This document shows positions 41,541-53,017 of a stretch of DNA of 64,000 nucleotides, one piece after another (within the stretch, counting starts at the first letter, position 1; each line of letters starts with the position of its first letter). The notes under the pieces are model-generated. The model ran no database searches. It was not told the origin of the DNA and saw only the letters and a list, made by a program, of their open reading frames with translations. Both the position numbers and the translations under genes were made by a program. Where the stretch lies: positions 62,001 through 126,000 of the forward strand of contig AP039703.1 of assembly GCA_051599415.1 (NCBI GenBank), given 5' to 3'. The DNA comes from Savitreella phatthalungensis. Its lineage: Eukaryota.

Positions 41541-44000
41541 ATGACGGCGCGCGGGTCCCAGACTTCTTCCCTGCCGGCACTCTGGCCGCCGTTTGAGCTA
41601 CAATCTCACGATGCTACCTCATCGTTGCTAGTCACACCGCTCAAGCACGTCCTGCGCAGTCTGATATCCCCAGACGCGCTTGGCAACGCTCGTTTCTTTT
41701 CGTCAGACAACGACGGGCTTGCGAGGACCCTTGACGGTCGTTCAGCACTCGTCGCTCATGTGCAGGACGCCGGAGATAGTACGTCGACTGCTACCTCATC
41801 TCGTTCCAAGCGTCTCGTTGTCATCGAGATCCTTAGCCCGGACGTCTATGCATATCTGCCAGTCGTCTCCAAGCTGCCCTACAGAGAATTCCCAGACTAT
41901 CAGCGCCCTGTGCAGAGTGACGCTGGTGATGAACCACAGATAGACTTCACAGCTGACGACTGGTGGCAGGCGTGCGAATGCGACTGGACGGATGACGATG
42001 CTGATGCTGATGCAGCATTCTCCGGCAGCCAGGTCGAGCTTGATTTCGGCGATGGTTGGGACGAGGAAACCGCGGAAGAAGTCGAGACTCAGATCCCTCG
42101 TCCCGCCTCGACTGCTCCCTCCGTGTCCTCGAGACCCGCTCCTGTAGACTCTGCTGGACCAATCCCGGGCTACACGCAGTCTCCATCTTCGCCGCCTCTT
42201 CTGCCAGCAGTCGACCTCGATCACGCGCCTAGCCGACCTCTAGAAGCCGTGCTTGCCGATCTCAGCAAGCTGTACGTGACCACCCTGTACACATCCCGCG
42301 CACCTCTTGCCTTCATTGCCAAGTCGACTTTGCCGAAACTGCGCGCCCAAATCCCCTCCGACGACCTACCGGCCCTGTCACAGCACATCCTCACAAACAT
42401 CGTGCCAACGCTTCCACGCTTCGATGCCAAGTACAAATCATTCCTGCCTACGTTCGTCAAAGCCGAGCTGACTGGTCTGCCTATCGAGCACGACCTGTCA
42501 TGCTTGAAGGACGGCACCGACGAGCTCACCTATATCAAGTCGTGGCTCGAGCTTGTTAGTGAAGATGCGACGACCGCGACCAACCTCACGCCAGACGCTC
42601 TGCTTTCCCGCCACCTCCAGCCGCTGAAAGTGCGGGAAGCGCAACTGACCGTGATCTTCCTTCTCGAAGCCCTCTGCTGTCCTGCAGATTCGTCGTTGCC
42701 AGAAGGAGTGTTGGCTCCGGAGGTCATGCTCGATCTCATGATCGACCGCCTATCGATCTGGCAGACGATCGACTTCTCATCGACCGACGACAAGCTCCGT
42801 GCTTTCTGTCTGGATGCACTTCTTCCTTTCTACGGCCACAGACTACCTGACATCCTCGCTGATATTCAGGTGAAATGCGGCGCTGCAGCAGACGCCTACC
42901 TGATTCAAGACATGCCCAAGACCCCTTTGCGTATTCGCGACAAGGAACGCAGTAGAGACAAGGACAAAGCCAAGGGCAAATCCCGTGCGAAGCTGTCAAG
43001 TTCGAGTACTGGTGGCAAGAGTACGTTGAAACGCACAGAGTCTGCACCGGCTGGTCTTCTATCCGCGAAGAAAGTGGTTCCGCAGAAGCGATCTCTCGAT
43101 CAGACCCTGAATAGGCAGGTCAGTATGTCGAAGCGTATGCCGACGTCCGAGGTCAGTGTAGGAAGCTCGCGCGCAAATCAGGGTAAACACGCAGGTACAA
43201 AGATCGCCAATCTCAGTGACGCCCATGAGGAGAAGCGCAGGCGTCGGATGGAGCTTCTCGACAAGGAGCGCGTCCAAGTCGGCGTCACACCGTCCAAGGC
43301 CAAACCTACATTCACGCAGGTCGATCCAGTGCAGCAGCATGCGATCTCACAGTTTGCGCCTGCTTACGCATCAAAGGCGAGCTTCATGTTTGGGGAATGC
43401 GAAGGAGAGCAAGATTCGGATCAAAATCCTGCATCAGGTCCATACGTGACAGGTATCTCAGCAACACCACAGAAACGCCAGCCTGGTAGCATCGCTGTCG
43501 CAGAGACACCTCAAGCTCCAGCGCTCATGCTTACTCCACAGCGTGCACCTGACTCGCGCGTCGTGGCTGCTGCCCCAGGTGTTGAAGATACCCCGTCACG
43601 ATCAGTGCTCTTCCACCTGGCGAGTCCCACACTAGGTCCGTCGAGATCGGTATCCGTCGCAAAGCTTCGTCCGCCGTCCATTTCTCTTGGTCCGATCATG
43701 CCATCGACCCCACTCCTCAGAAAAAGTCACACCGTCCCTGCAGCCCGATCGTCCTCATCAGCGTCACTCCGAAACCCGTTCGACGAAGACGACGTCACGC
43801 CACTCGCAGAGCTTCCGGAATCACAGCTTTTCATGCAGGTGTCCACTCCAGCGGCTGGTCATAAGCCCACAACGATCCTGATGCAGACTCCTGTGGGAAA
43901 GGCAAAGGATCCGTCAGATCCCGATGCCGACCGGGACATTGGACACGCTCCGCAGGAGCCAGCGGTAGGCGACCTCAAGAGCATGCTTGATTGGCTCTAA
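41541..44000 (+). CDS. SLD3: DNA replication initiation regulator Sld3
   Basis: Sld3 core YVTTLYTSRAPLAFIAKSTLPKLR, LKVREAQLTVIFLLEAL, LDLMIDRLSIW, FCLDALLPFY..RLP. The C-terminus has many S/T-P CDK-type sites. Start is uncertain. Confidence 0.85.
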   Translation: MTARGSQTSSLPALWPPFELQSHDATSSLLVTPLKHVLRSLISPDALGNARFFSSDNDGLARTLDGRSALVAHVQDAGDSTSTATSSRSKRLVVIEILSPDVYAYLPVVSKLPYREFPDYQRPVQSDAGDEPQIDFTADDWWQACECDWTDDDADADAAFSGSQVELDFGDGWDEETAEEVETQIPRPASTAPSVSSRPAPVDSAGPIPGYTQSPSSPPLLPAVDLDHAPSRPLEAVLADLSKLYVTTLYTSRAPLAFIAKSTLPKLRAQIPSDDLPALSQHILTNIVPTLPRFDAKYKSFLPTFVKAELTGLPIEHDLSCLKDGTDELTYIKSWLELVSEDATTATNLTPDALLSRHLQPLKVREAQLTVIFLLEALCCPADSSLPEGVLAPEVMLDLMIDRLSIWQTIDFSSTDDKLRAFCLDALLPFYGHRLPDILADIQVKCGAAADAYLIQDMPKTPLRIRDKERSRDKDKAKGKSRAKLSSSSTGGKSTLKRTESAPAGLLSAKKVVPQKRSLDQTLNRQVSMSKRMPTSEVSVGSSRANQGKHAGTKIANLSDAHEEKRRRRMELLDKERVQVGVTPSKAKPTFTQVDPVQQHAISQFAPAYASKASFMFGECEGEQDSDQNPASGPYVTGISATPQKRQPGSIAVAETPQAPALMLTPQRAPDSRVVAAAPGVEDTPSRSVLFHLASPTLGPSRSVSVAKLRPPSISLGPIMPSTPLLRKSHTVPAARSSSSASLRNPFDEDDVTPLAELPESQLFMQVSTPAAGHKPTTILMQTPVGKAKDPSDPDADRDIGHAPQEPAVGDLKSMLDWL

Positions 44001-44385
44001 ACCTAGCATTCACCAACTAATGTACATAGAAATGACTGCATGAACATCTCTGAAACACCCGATACTTACATCAACCGTACATTCGTAACTCACAGCCAGC
44101 ACACGACGAGCACATCTGCCTCCAGTCCATCAATAGTCATATCAGCACCGGTGGCAAAGACAAGATCTCGTCTTCTCAGTTGTCACGTGACCCGTCTGAT
44201 CTCCTCCTGCATTCAGGATCAGAAATATAAAATGTACAGCTGGAAAAATTATTCTATGCAACGCTCAATGTCAACCCCGCGCTCGTCTTGTGACACGTTG
44301 TACAAACGTCAGATGCATCATCATCTGATCCTCGAGGTCAACGTCTATAACAATACGCACAAGATCTTCTAGCTCTATCTCTTGA

Positions 44386-45480
<1,095 letters not shown>

Positions 45481-46514
45481 TCACATTGGCCAAACCTCAT
45501 GACAGTACAATGAACAGCGGAGCACCCAAAGACCAGCGAAGTCTTGGAAGCCACGCTGTACCCTGACATAGCGTATCTTTGTGTATTTTATGCATTGACA
45601 TGTGTGGGTTGTTTTCCACGGCTGTAAGTTGGATGCTGATAATGCGTCGAATAGATTGCAATCAGGGCTAATTAGCCAATCACGCAAGTCGACTGTCAAA
45701 AAGCAATGCATGTACACAAAGCAGCACTCAAATCTGACCAAGGTGTAGATTATCTTTTCACTGGACTCAGATTCGAGCGCCCTCTTCGGCTCGGAAGATC
45801 GTATTTACGCGAGCCCACCAACCCGCTTCCGGCCTCTTTCGAGCACCACCTCCTTCAGGAGTTACCCACTAGCTGACACACTGGAAATCGAGCGCTCATT
45901 CCTTCCATCACACTGCCGTTCTCGGTCTCCTGAGCCATCATCGCTACCGCCGTATGATCGAAGACGCATTCGACTTCCAAAAGAGCTTGACGCTGATACG
46001 TTCTGTTCTCTCTCCAGGACGGAATGCAATGGGGGCCCCTTCTAACACAAGCGACAGCTGATGCGCTTTGCTTCCGGCCGTCTCCACGGACCTGGGATCG
46101 AATGAATACTCGAAGGCAATGAATGTGAATGCATCATGCGCAGCATCCGCTCTCCTGCTCAACTCGGAAGTCCCACCGGCGTCGTCGTCCTTTGAGACAT
46201 CTAACGTATTGTTGTCTCGGGAGTTCATGCACTTCGCACGTTAGGCGTGATTGAACATCTTTACGCTTCCTGATCTTTCGACCACGCTCACCCACTCTCT
46301 CTCTCTGTTGCTCGATCGACATCGCCTCGCTTGATGTTCTCGTCGTCACTCGTTTAGAACGTCGGTCTCTCTCTCGCTACAACAGGACTAGACGCGCCTG
46401 GCCAGGACACTACGCGATACACTCACGCTGGCGTGAGCTCACACTCCTTTGAAATTCGACCTTTCTTATCTTGCTCTTACTTTTCACTGCCTCGCTGCGT
46501 CCTGTGTCACGATA

Positions 46515-48578
46515 ATGAGCGCAACGGCCACGACGAGTGTCGCTGAGGTAGCGGCCGCTGCGGCAGCAGCAGCCAAGGCGACGGCAACATGCACAGCAGC
46601 TGCCGCTTCCGCGTCACAGCACCTGGCGTACGTACTGTGGGTGGAGTACGCGCTGATTGCTGTGGTCGCGTTGGCATGGCATGTCTGCGTGAGGCTGTGG
46701 GAGGAACATGTTCATGCTGAGAACGAGCTTGCTGGAGGACGACTTGCACGGACGAGTCCCTGGATCCTGGCGATCCGCCGGCGGTGGCTGATGCCGCTAT
46801 TCGGTGGTCGCCGAGCGAGGCCTTTGTCATTCGGTCACTTCTTCCTCGCCACCGTCCCAACAGGCGCACAGACCATCGCTCTCCTAGCACTCCTCCTCGC
46901 AAACCTCCCGCTCCTCTTCACAGCACACTGCACCATGTCGCGCAAGACCACCGCACACTCTGTCGCCATCAGGACAGGTATCCTGGCATTTGCAAATCTG
47001 CCGTTGGCGTTTGGACTTGGCGGCCGAAACGACATCATCACACGGGTGACAGGTGTGTCGCGTGAGACGCTCATGTGCGTGCACAAGGGTGCAGGGAGAT
47101 TGCTGGTAGCGCTGTCGGTCGTGCACACGTGTGCGTACGTGTATGTGCTGACGGTGTTGTCTCCAGTGGCTTCGCACGAGTCGAAGCTCGCTGCTTTCAA
47201 GGCACTCGCACACCACCCGTACTTCCGCGCAGGTGCAGTCGCAGTCGCAGTCGGCATCACACTCGTCCTCCTCGCAGCCAGAGCTCTCAGAGACGCACAC
47301 CACGAGGTCTTCCTCTGGATACACACAGCCCTCGCACTCACTTTCACAATCGCCAGCCTCCTGCACGAGCGCTTCGCCACTAACGCCATGGGTACAATCA
47401 TCTGGACGTACCTAGCCTTGGGACTCTTCGGCCTCGACTACTTCTCAAGGGTGTTACGTCTTGTGGTGAACAATCTTGGAAGTCTTGCATGGAGCAAGGG
47501 CGAGCGGTCGGCGTGCACGTTCGCCACGCTATCGGCCGTCGGTGAGGATCTTGTTCAGGTGGACGTGCGTCTGCCAGCAGGTCGAACGATCGAGCCTGGC
47601 ACAGCATGTTACCTTAGTTTTCCGTCACTCAGATTCCTCTCGCACGCGCACCCATTCACAGCAATGCAGGTCGGCACCTCGTTTAGTGAGTCCGAAACGC
47701 AGACGCCTCACAACATCGGCTCAAGCGACGACAAGAAACTTCCGGTCACAATCAGTGTCAGAGGACTCGGCGACAGGAATGACCCCGGTCGGGCTTCCGG
47801 GTCGACGATCTCGTCGCTGGCTAGCACTGCAATCTCTGCATTTGACGACGACTACGTCGATGTGGAGAAGCAGCTGGCATGCAGTCTGACACCGGCCCCA
47901 GATACCAATGTCGCCACGTTCCTCGTTGCCGTCCGTTGCGGTGCGATGACCAAGGCACTCGCCACACACGCACGCAACAGTCCCACCACCCCGATCAGGT
48001 GTCTCATCGACGGAGGATACCGTTTCTCCCCCAAACCACCAGTCGCCTCGCGACGCTTCGGCAGTATTGTCCTCTTAGCAGGAGGCGTTGGTATCACGAC
48101 CGTCCTCCCTGCATTTGCGGCTGCTGCGGTACCAGCAGGATCTTCTTCGCAGGCTATTCTGACACAAGGGCTGTCGGGAAAGAAGTCGATTGAGCTGATC
48201 TGGGTGGTTCGGTCGCTAGAGATTGCGACTGTGGGTATCGTCGCTCGCCTGCGCGAGGTGTTAACGGTGCAGGGTTACGGAATTCCAGCAGCGGATATCC
48301 GTGCTACGGTTTACGTGACTGGGCACGCGCAAACGACATTTCATCAGCAGGAAGTGGCACGCGGACGACTGGCGTCGCTCTACGCAGCTGCCGTCACCGT
48401 CAGATTCCAGAGACCCTCGATCCCCAACGTGCTTGACGCAGCACTCGCATCAGCCACACATCCGGCCACCACAGCACTCGTCACCTGCGCAGGACCATCC
48501 TTGTGCGACGATGCTAGGGCATGGGCTGCCACCGCACATGCAGGACATGCTGTACACTATCACGAAGAATGCTACTAG
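46515..48578 (+). CDS. Ferric/cupric reductase-like transmembrane flavocytochrome (FRE family)
   Basis: Heme His pairs (VHKGAGR...VVHT; WIH...LLH), HPFT FAD motif, AGGVGIT, LIWVVR and terminal HEECY. Confidence 0.88.
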   Translation: MSATATTSVAEVAAAAAAAAKATATCTAAAASASQHLAYVLWVEYALIAVVALAWHVCVRLWEEHVHAENELAGGRLARTSPWILAIRRRWLMPLFGGRRARPLSFGHFFLATVPTGAQTIALLALLLANLPLLFTAHCTMSRKTTAHSVAIRTGILAFANLPLAFGLGGRNDIITRVTGVSRETLMCVHKGAGRLLVALSVVHTCAYVYVLTVLSPVASHESKLAAFKALAHHPYFRAGAVAVAVGITLVLLAARALRDAHHEVFLWIHTALALTFTIASLLHERFATNAMGTIIWTYLALGLFGLDYFSRVLRLVVNNLGSLAWSKGERSACTFATLSAVGEDLVQVDVRLPAGRTIEPGTACYLSFPSLRFLSHAHPFTAMQVGTSFSESETQTPHNIGSSDDKKLPVTISVRGLGDRNDPGRASGSTISSLASTAISAFDDDYVDVEKQLACSLTPAPDTNVATFLVAVRCGAMTKALATHARNSPTTPIRCLIDGGYRFSPKPPVASRRFGSIVLLAGGVGITTVLPAFAAAAVPAGSSSQAILTQGLSGKKSIELIWVVRSLEIATVGIVARLREVLTVQGYGIPAADIRATVYVTGHAQTTFHQQEVARGRLASLYAAAVTVRFQRPSIPNVLDAALASATHPATTALVTCAGPSLCDDARAWAATAHAGHAVHYHEECY

Positions 48579-48957
48579 CTGCAAAGCATCTCCTGACGCC
48601 ACCGTACTAATCACTGAACCTGACACAAATGAGCAAATGTTGAAAGTTGTGCATCTAAAAAGTTTCACGCCACACTCGCTCTTACAAGTGTGGCTGTAAT
48701 ATCAATCGAATACCCATCACGTGCTCAAGGAATTTGCAAATCGTGTGAAGATGATCATTATGGACTCCTTCCACTTTGCTAGTTTGTAGGAGCGAGCGAG
48801 TCAGTGGTTGACTGAGCCAGACAGTGAGTGAGTGAGTGACAGAGACAGCCCCGAGAGACAGGTGGGTCTCCATCGTCAGTCGCGTCTCGTGAGTGTCTCT
48901 GACGGCATTCAATTCAAGTATTATTATCTGTACTCGATATACTAGCTATCGACAAAC

Positions 48958-49317
48958 ATGACTTTCAAGCGTCGCAACGGAGGACGTAACAAGCACGGCC
49001 GTGGTCACACGAAGCCAGTGCGATGCAGCAACTGCTCTCGCTGCGTGCCGAAGGACAAGGCTATCAAGCGCTTCACCGTCCGGAACATGGTCGAGTCTGC
49101 TGCCATCCGTGATATCTCTGAGGCTTCCGTGTACGCCGAGTACGCGCTCCCGAAGCTGTACAACAAGATCCACTACTGCGTCTCGTGCGCCATCCACGCA
49201 AAGGTCGTCCGCGTCCGCTCGCGCGAGGGACGCCGTGTCCGCACACCACCACAGCGCGTCAGGTTCAACCGCGACGGCAAGCGTATCAACCCGGCCGTCG
49301 CTGCCAAGCAGCTGTAA
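48958..49317 (+). CDS. RPS26: 40S ribosomal protein eS26
   Basis: [36 protein letters not shown]...[16 protein letters not shown]. Confidence 0.98.
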   Translation: MTFKRRNGGRNKHGRGHTKPVRCSNCSRCVPKDKAIKRFTVRNMVESAAIRDISEASVYAEYALPKLYNKIHYCVSCAIHAKVVRVRSREGRRVRTPPQRVRFNRDGKRINPAVAAKQL

Positions 49318-49852
49318 ATTGTTCGAAACCTTTTACAGTTCTCGCTTCTTACACTCACTTTTTAACGAAACACAACCATCACACATTAAAAGCACGAGCG
49401 ACGGATCTAGGCTTCCGCTTCCTCACTTCTCTTTCAATGGCATCTACGTGCACATCTACACTGCCCGCTTCCTCAGACCTCACTCTCACAAAAGAGCGGT
49501 CATTCGAAGACCAGGATCAGCGTGCTTCCAGCGGAGAGATGGCATTATGCTCTCTCCCAACTGGACACGCTCCGGACGCTCGCTGAATCATGAAATGGGC
49601 TCATGACGAGGGCGATTTCCACCTGGCACTCCTTGCTCCCGCGCTCGCAGTATGCTCCCCCTTGCTGTTGCCTGCCATTCTCTCACGTCCAGCACTGCTC
49701 CTCTTTGTCTTGTTACATGATATGTGTCCAAACTCATCCGTGTATACTGCCGTTCCTTATCCCTCGCTACTACCAGTGCTGCTCTAACGAACTACGATTA
49801 CCTACCATTTGAAAAGTATAAGAAATATCATCTCTGCACGTCAATCGATCGT

Positions 49853-52800
49853 TCACGCATCTCCGTGTCCATTGCTCGTGCTTTGAGGTCCCGAGGTACT
49901 GGCGGCGACAGCAGGATTCGACACACGTCGTGACTCCAACGCGCTAATTCGCTTCAGTAGAGCACCAGCTGATGAAACCCTTTTTTCAGCCGCCTCATTC
50001 CCACTGTCGTCCGCCTGCGAGGTCTCAGTCACTGGCGATGCACTCGTCAATGGCGATGCTACCTCTGCTGTCTTCGTCATCTCAGCTGCCTCCACCGCCG
50101 TATCTTTCTTCGTGTCGACGCTCTCAGGCGCGTCTTTGGTCTGTGCAATAGGCGTGTGATCTGTCGTAGCTGGAGGTGCATCAGGCGCATCTGCAGGGGT
50201 GTCAGCCTGTTCTTCCGCCTTCTCCTCAGCTGCGTATGTGCCCGCGCGCACCAGCACATCTCGCTCTGATCGCTTTCTCTCGAGTTCTGGCGCAAGGCCC
50301 CTATTCTTGAAAGCCGCCCCTGCTACAAACGCGCCGAGCTCTTTGGCGAATGGGTCGGCGACGAGATACTGCTTGTCCCGCTGACGCTGGCGCTCTGCCT
50401 CGGCGATAGCTGCAGCGCGTGCCTCCGAGTTGACTTGCAATGACTTGATGTCCTGCTGAACGAACTTGTGATGTTTCTGCGGATCTCCTGCCGTCTCAAT
50501 CACCAGCGGCTGGCCCACCAGAGGCGGTAATCCACCAGGACCACCGCCGGCCACGGCTTCCGAAGCTCTGCGGGAGCCGTCTTCCGTTGCCTCCGCACCA
50601 GGCAGCGCGCGTCTCTGAACCTCGAGATCCTTGATGTTGTCTAGGACACCACGCCACTCGTCCAGATCTGCGCACATATCGTCGATCATCGCGGACTGGT
50701 ACTCGAGTGCTTGTTGCTCCGTCGTGATGGTTGTCAGCTCGGCCTCCCAGAGCGTGTTGGATTGGGTATGGAGCTCGGCGAGAGCGGTACGCAAATGGGC
50801 AGTTCCGTCGACAAGCTCGTCAAACTCGCGGGTCAAATCCGCGAGCAGTTGCGGGTGTGGCGAGACTTTCCGCTGCAGTACATCCTTCTTGACGCGCTGC
50901 ACAGCATTCAATTGCTCGTCGATCCGCGCAGTAAGTGTCGTCACAGCCTGTTCTTGTCGTGCACTCAGCTTCAACACTCGCACGCGGTCGAGCGCATTTT
51001 CTGGCAGGACGGCGGGCACTGCGCCTGCAGCGGAACCGGCTACAGCGAGACTGCCGAAGCCCTCGGCGGAGGACATTCTTGGCGATGTCGCCTGAATGGG
51101 AGAGCCAATCACAGCTTCACGAGTCTTGCTCGTGAGCTTCGCTTCCAGATCGGCCACACGCTGCGTCAACTTGGCATTGTCCTTGAGTAACTCCTCTTGT
51201 CGAGAGCTCATCTCAGCGACACGCGTGGTCTTCGATTGCAGGTCCTTGGTGGCTGTATCTTTGAGCGAGACATGCTCCTCGAGCTCTTTCTGGATTGCAG
51301 CGTGCTTGGTCAACACCTCTTGATGAGTGGTGCGCAAAGCCTCCAGCTCCTGTTGAAGCGTCGTCATACGCTCGTCTTCGTTCACTGGTGCAACCGCCTT
51401 CTCCGTCGTCGCCTGCTGCGGCAACTCGCGAATGCTTTGTAAGCCAGTCTCAAGGTCTGCCCGCATCTTTGTCAAGATGTCGTCAAACTTGCTGAATCGT
51501 GTTTCAAGAGCCCTGTTCAGAACCGTCTCGAGATCTTCCTTCGGGGAAAGTTCTTGCGCCTTGGGCGACTCCCCAGTCTCCTCAGCTGCCTCGGTCTCTT
51601 TTGCCTCCACGAGGATCAGTGATCGATCCTTCACATCAGCCACGTCCTCGAGCAGATATGTCGTCCTCGTCACATCGTCATCTAGAAGCAAGCTGAAAGT
51701 CTCAAGAGCGAAAGCCTTTTGCACGGCTGCCTCGATCATATCCCTTGTCAGTGGCAAATCTAGAACAAACTTTCTAGTGACACCGTCCTGACGAACAAAT
51801 AAGGTATAGGCGGTCAATTCCTTCTGGACGACGGGAATCGGCTCTGCACGAGCTTGTCGAGCCGAGGCAGACGAGTAAGCTCTCGCTCGTCTCTCACTTT
51901 GCGGCGAATGCTGTCGCGAAGTAGACCCATCTTCATTGTCGGCAGTGTCTTCGATTGTGTCCAGGCCGGACATGGACTTTGCGATCGTGCGTCGAACACC
52001 ATCGACCGAAAGTCTTCCTGGACCATGTTCGCCAGTGAGCTGGGCTAGATAGTTCTCGGAAAGTCTCTTAGACGAGCGACGCTCAGGATGAGACTCTTTG
52101 AGCTGTGAGACTGGATCTCGTGAGTGCTGCTGCTGGCGAGCAGATGCCGGAGGTGGGACCGGCGGTGGTGGACCAGATTTGGCTACTTGAGAGGTAGTGC
52201 CAGGATCAGAAAGTTGAGAGTGGGCGGAAGCAGACGGTGTAGGTGGCAAGTCAAGTTTGTGATCGGCTGGTGCAGCGTCGCCGACAGAGCGGGATGCTGG
52301 CGTGGGTGAGGTAGTTCTGGGAGCTCGCTGAGGAGCTCTAGCGTATTGCGCTTGTTGCATTTGTGGCTGTTCTTGATACTGATGCAAATGGCTTCCATAT
52401 GGTTGAGGCGTCGGGGAGACGCTGTTCTCAGAAGCTGCCGATCCTGATGGCATTGGGCTCGAAGCGGCACCTGGTTGCGGTGGCGTGCCTGTTGTATGCA
52501 CTTGCTGCTGCTGCTGCTTACGCGCGCTCCTAGGCGGGACGGGTGCCTGGCCGAGATTCACGCGGTGCACCTGCTGCTTCCGCTTCATGCCTGTGAGCAG
52601 ATTGATGATCGTCTCGCGAAGACGAGGCAGATACTTGTCAAGGTTACGTGGGGATGCTTCTTCACCGAGCGCATTCTCAAGAATGTGCCTGAGATCGAGT
52701 GGCACTTTGCTCAGGTCAGTCATATCGATGCCTGCAGTCTGGAACATATGAGAGACTTTGTTGAACTCGTTTCCTAGAATGACGTAGATGTCGCTGACAT

Positions 52801-53017
52801 CCTTCTCGCTAGCTTCGAGACGCGACCACTGCGTCACGACTTCTAGAAGCTGCTTTGTGCTGATGAGCAGGCGCATGACGCTTGCATCGATATCTGCCGT
52901 CGCCTGCGATTGCGATTGCGACTGTTGCCTAATGAGCGGAGAGCTCCCACGCTGAATTGTTGGGGAATGGGGATGGGCATCCTGCATGTCCCTGCCTGAT
53001 GCAAAGTGGCGACTCAT
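49853..53017 (-). CDS. BUD6: Actin-interacting protein 3 / Bud6 polarity factor
   Basis: Aip3/Bud6 N-domain (RLLISTKQLLEVVTQWS...VSDIYVILGNEFN...LDKYLPRLRETIINLL), AIP3 core and coiled coils (VKKDVLQRKVSP, LWEAELTTITTEQ). Confidence 0.9.
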   Translation of the reverse strand: MSRHFASGRDMQDAHPHSPTIQRGSSPLIRQQSQSQSQATADIDASVMRLLISTKQLLEVVTQWSRLEASEKDVSDIYVILGNEFNKVSHMFQTAGIDMTDLSKVPLDLRHILENALGEEASPRNLDKYLPRLRETIINLLTGMKRKQQVHRVNLGQAPVPPRSARKQQQQQVHTTGTPPQPGAASSPMPSGSAASENSVSPTPQPYGSHLHQYQEQPQMQQAQYARAPQRAPRTTSPTPASRSVGDAAPADHKLDLPPTPSASAHSQLSDPGTTSQVAKSGPPPPVPPPASARQQQHSRDPVSQLKESHPERRSSKRLSENYLAQLTGEHGPGRLSVDGVRRTIAKSMSGLDTIEDTADNEDGSTSRQHSPQSERRARAYSSASARQARAEPIPVVQKELTAYTLFVRQDGVTRKFVLDLPLTRDMIEAAVQKAFALETFSLLLDDDVTRTTYLLEDVADVKDRSLILVEAKETEAAEETGESPKAQELSPKEDLETVLNRALETRFSKFDDILTKMRADLETGLQSIRELPQQATTEKAVAPVNEDERMTTLQQELEALRTTHQEVLTKHAAIQKELEEHVSLKDTATKDLQSKTTRVAEMSSRQEELLKDNAKLTQRVADLEAKLTSKTREAVIGSPIQATSPRMSSAEGFGSLAVAGSAAGAVPAVLPENALDRVRVLKLSARQEQAVTTLTARIDEQLNAVQRVKKDVLQRKVSPHPQLLADLTREFDELVDGTAHLRTALAELHTQSNTLWEAELTTITTEQQALEYQSAMIDDMCADLDEWRGVLDNIKDLEVQRRALPGAEATEDGSRRASEAVAGGGPGGLPPLVGQPLVIETAGDPQKHHKFVQQDIKSLQVNSEARAAAIAEAERQRQRDKQYLVADPFAKELGAFVAGAAFKNRGLAPELERKRSERDVLVRAGTYAAEEKAEEQADTPADAPDAPPATTDHTPIAQTKDAPESVDTKKDTAVEAAEMTKTAEVASPLTSASPVTETSQADDSGNEAAEKRVSSAGALLKRISALESRRVSNPAVAASTSGPQSTSNGHGDA

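Noticed and set aside
45481..46349. Short minus-strand ORFs between HEM2 and the ferric reductase
   Set aside because: No recognisable domain and no splice model that joins them.
49314..49816. Possible RPS26 3'-terminal intron (GTAAAT over the stop codon, CTAAC at ~49784, AAG acceptor)
   Set aside because: The unspliced protein already has a normal eS26 end; splicing would give an implausible extension overlapping BUD6.
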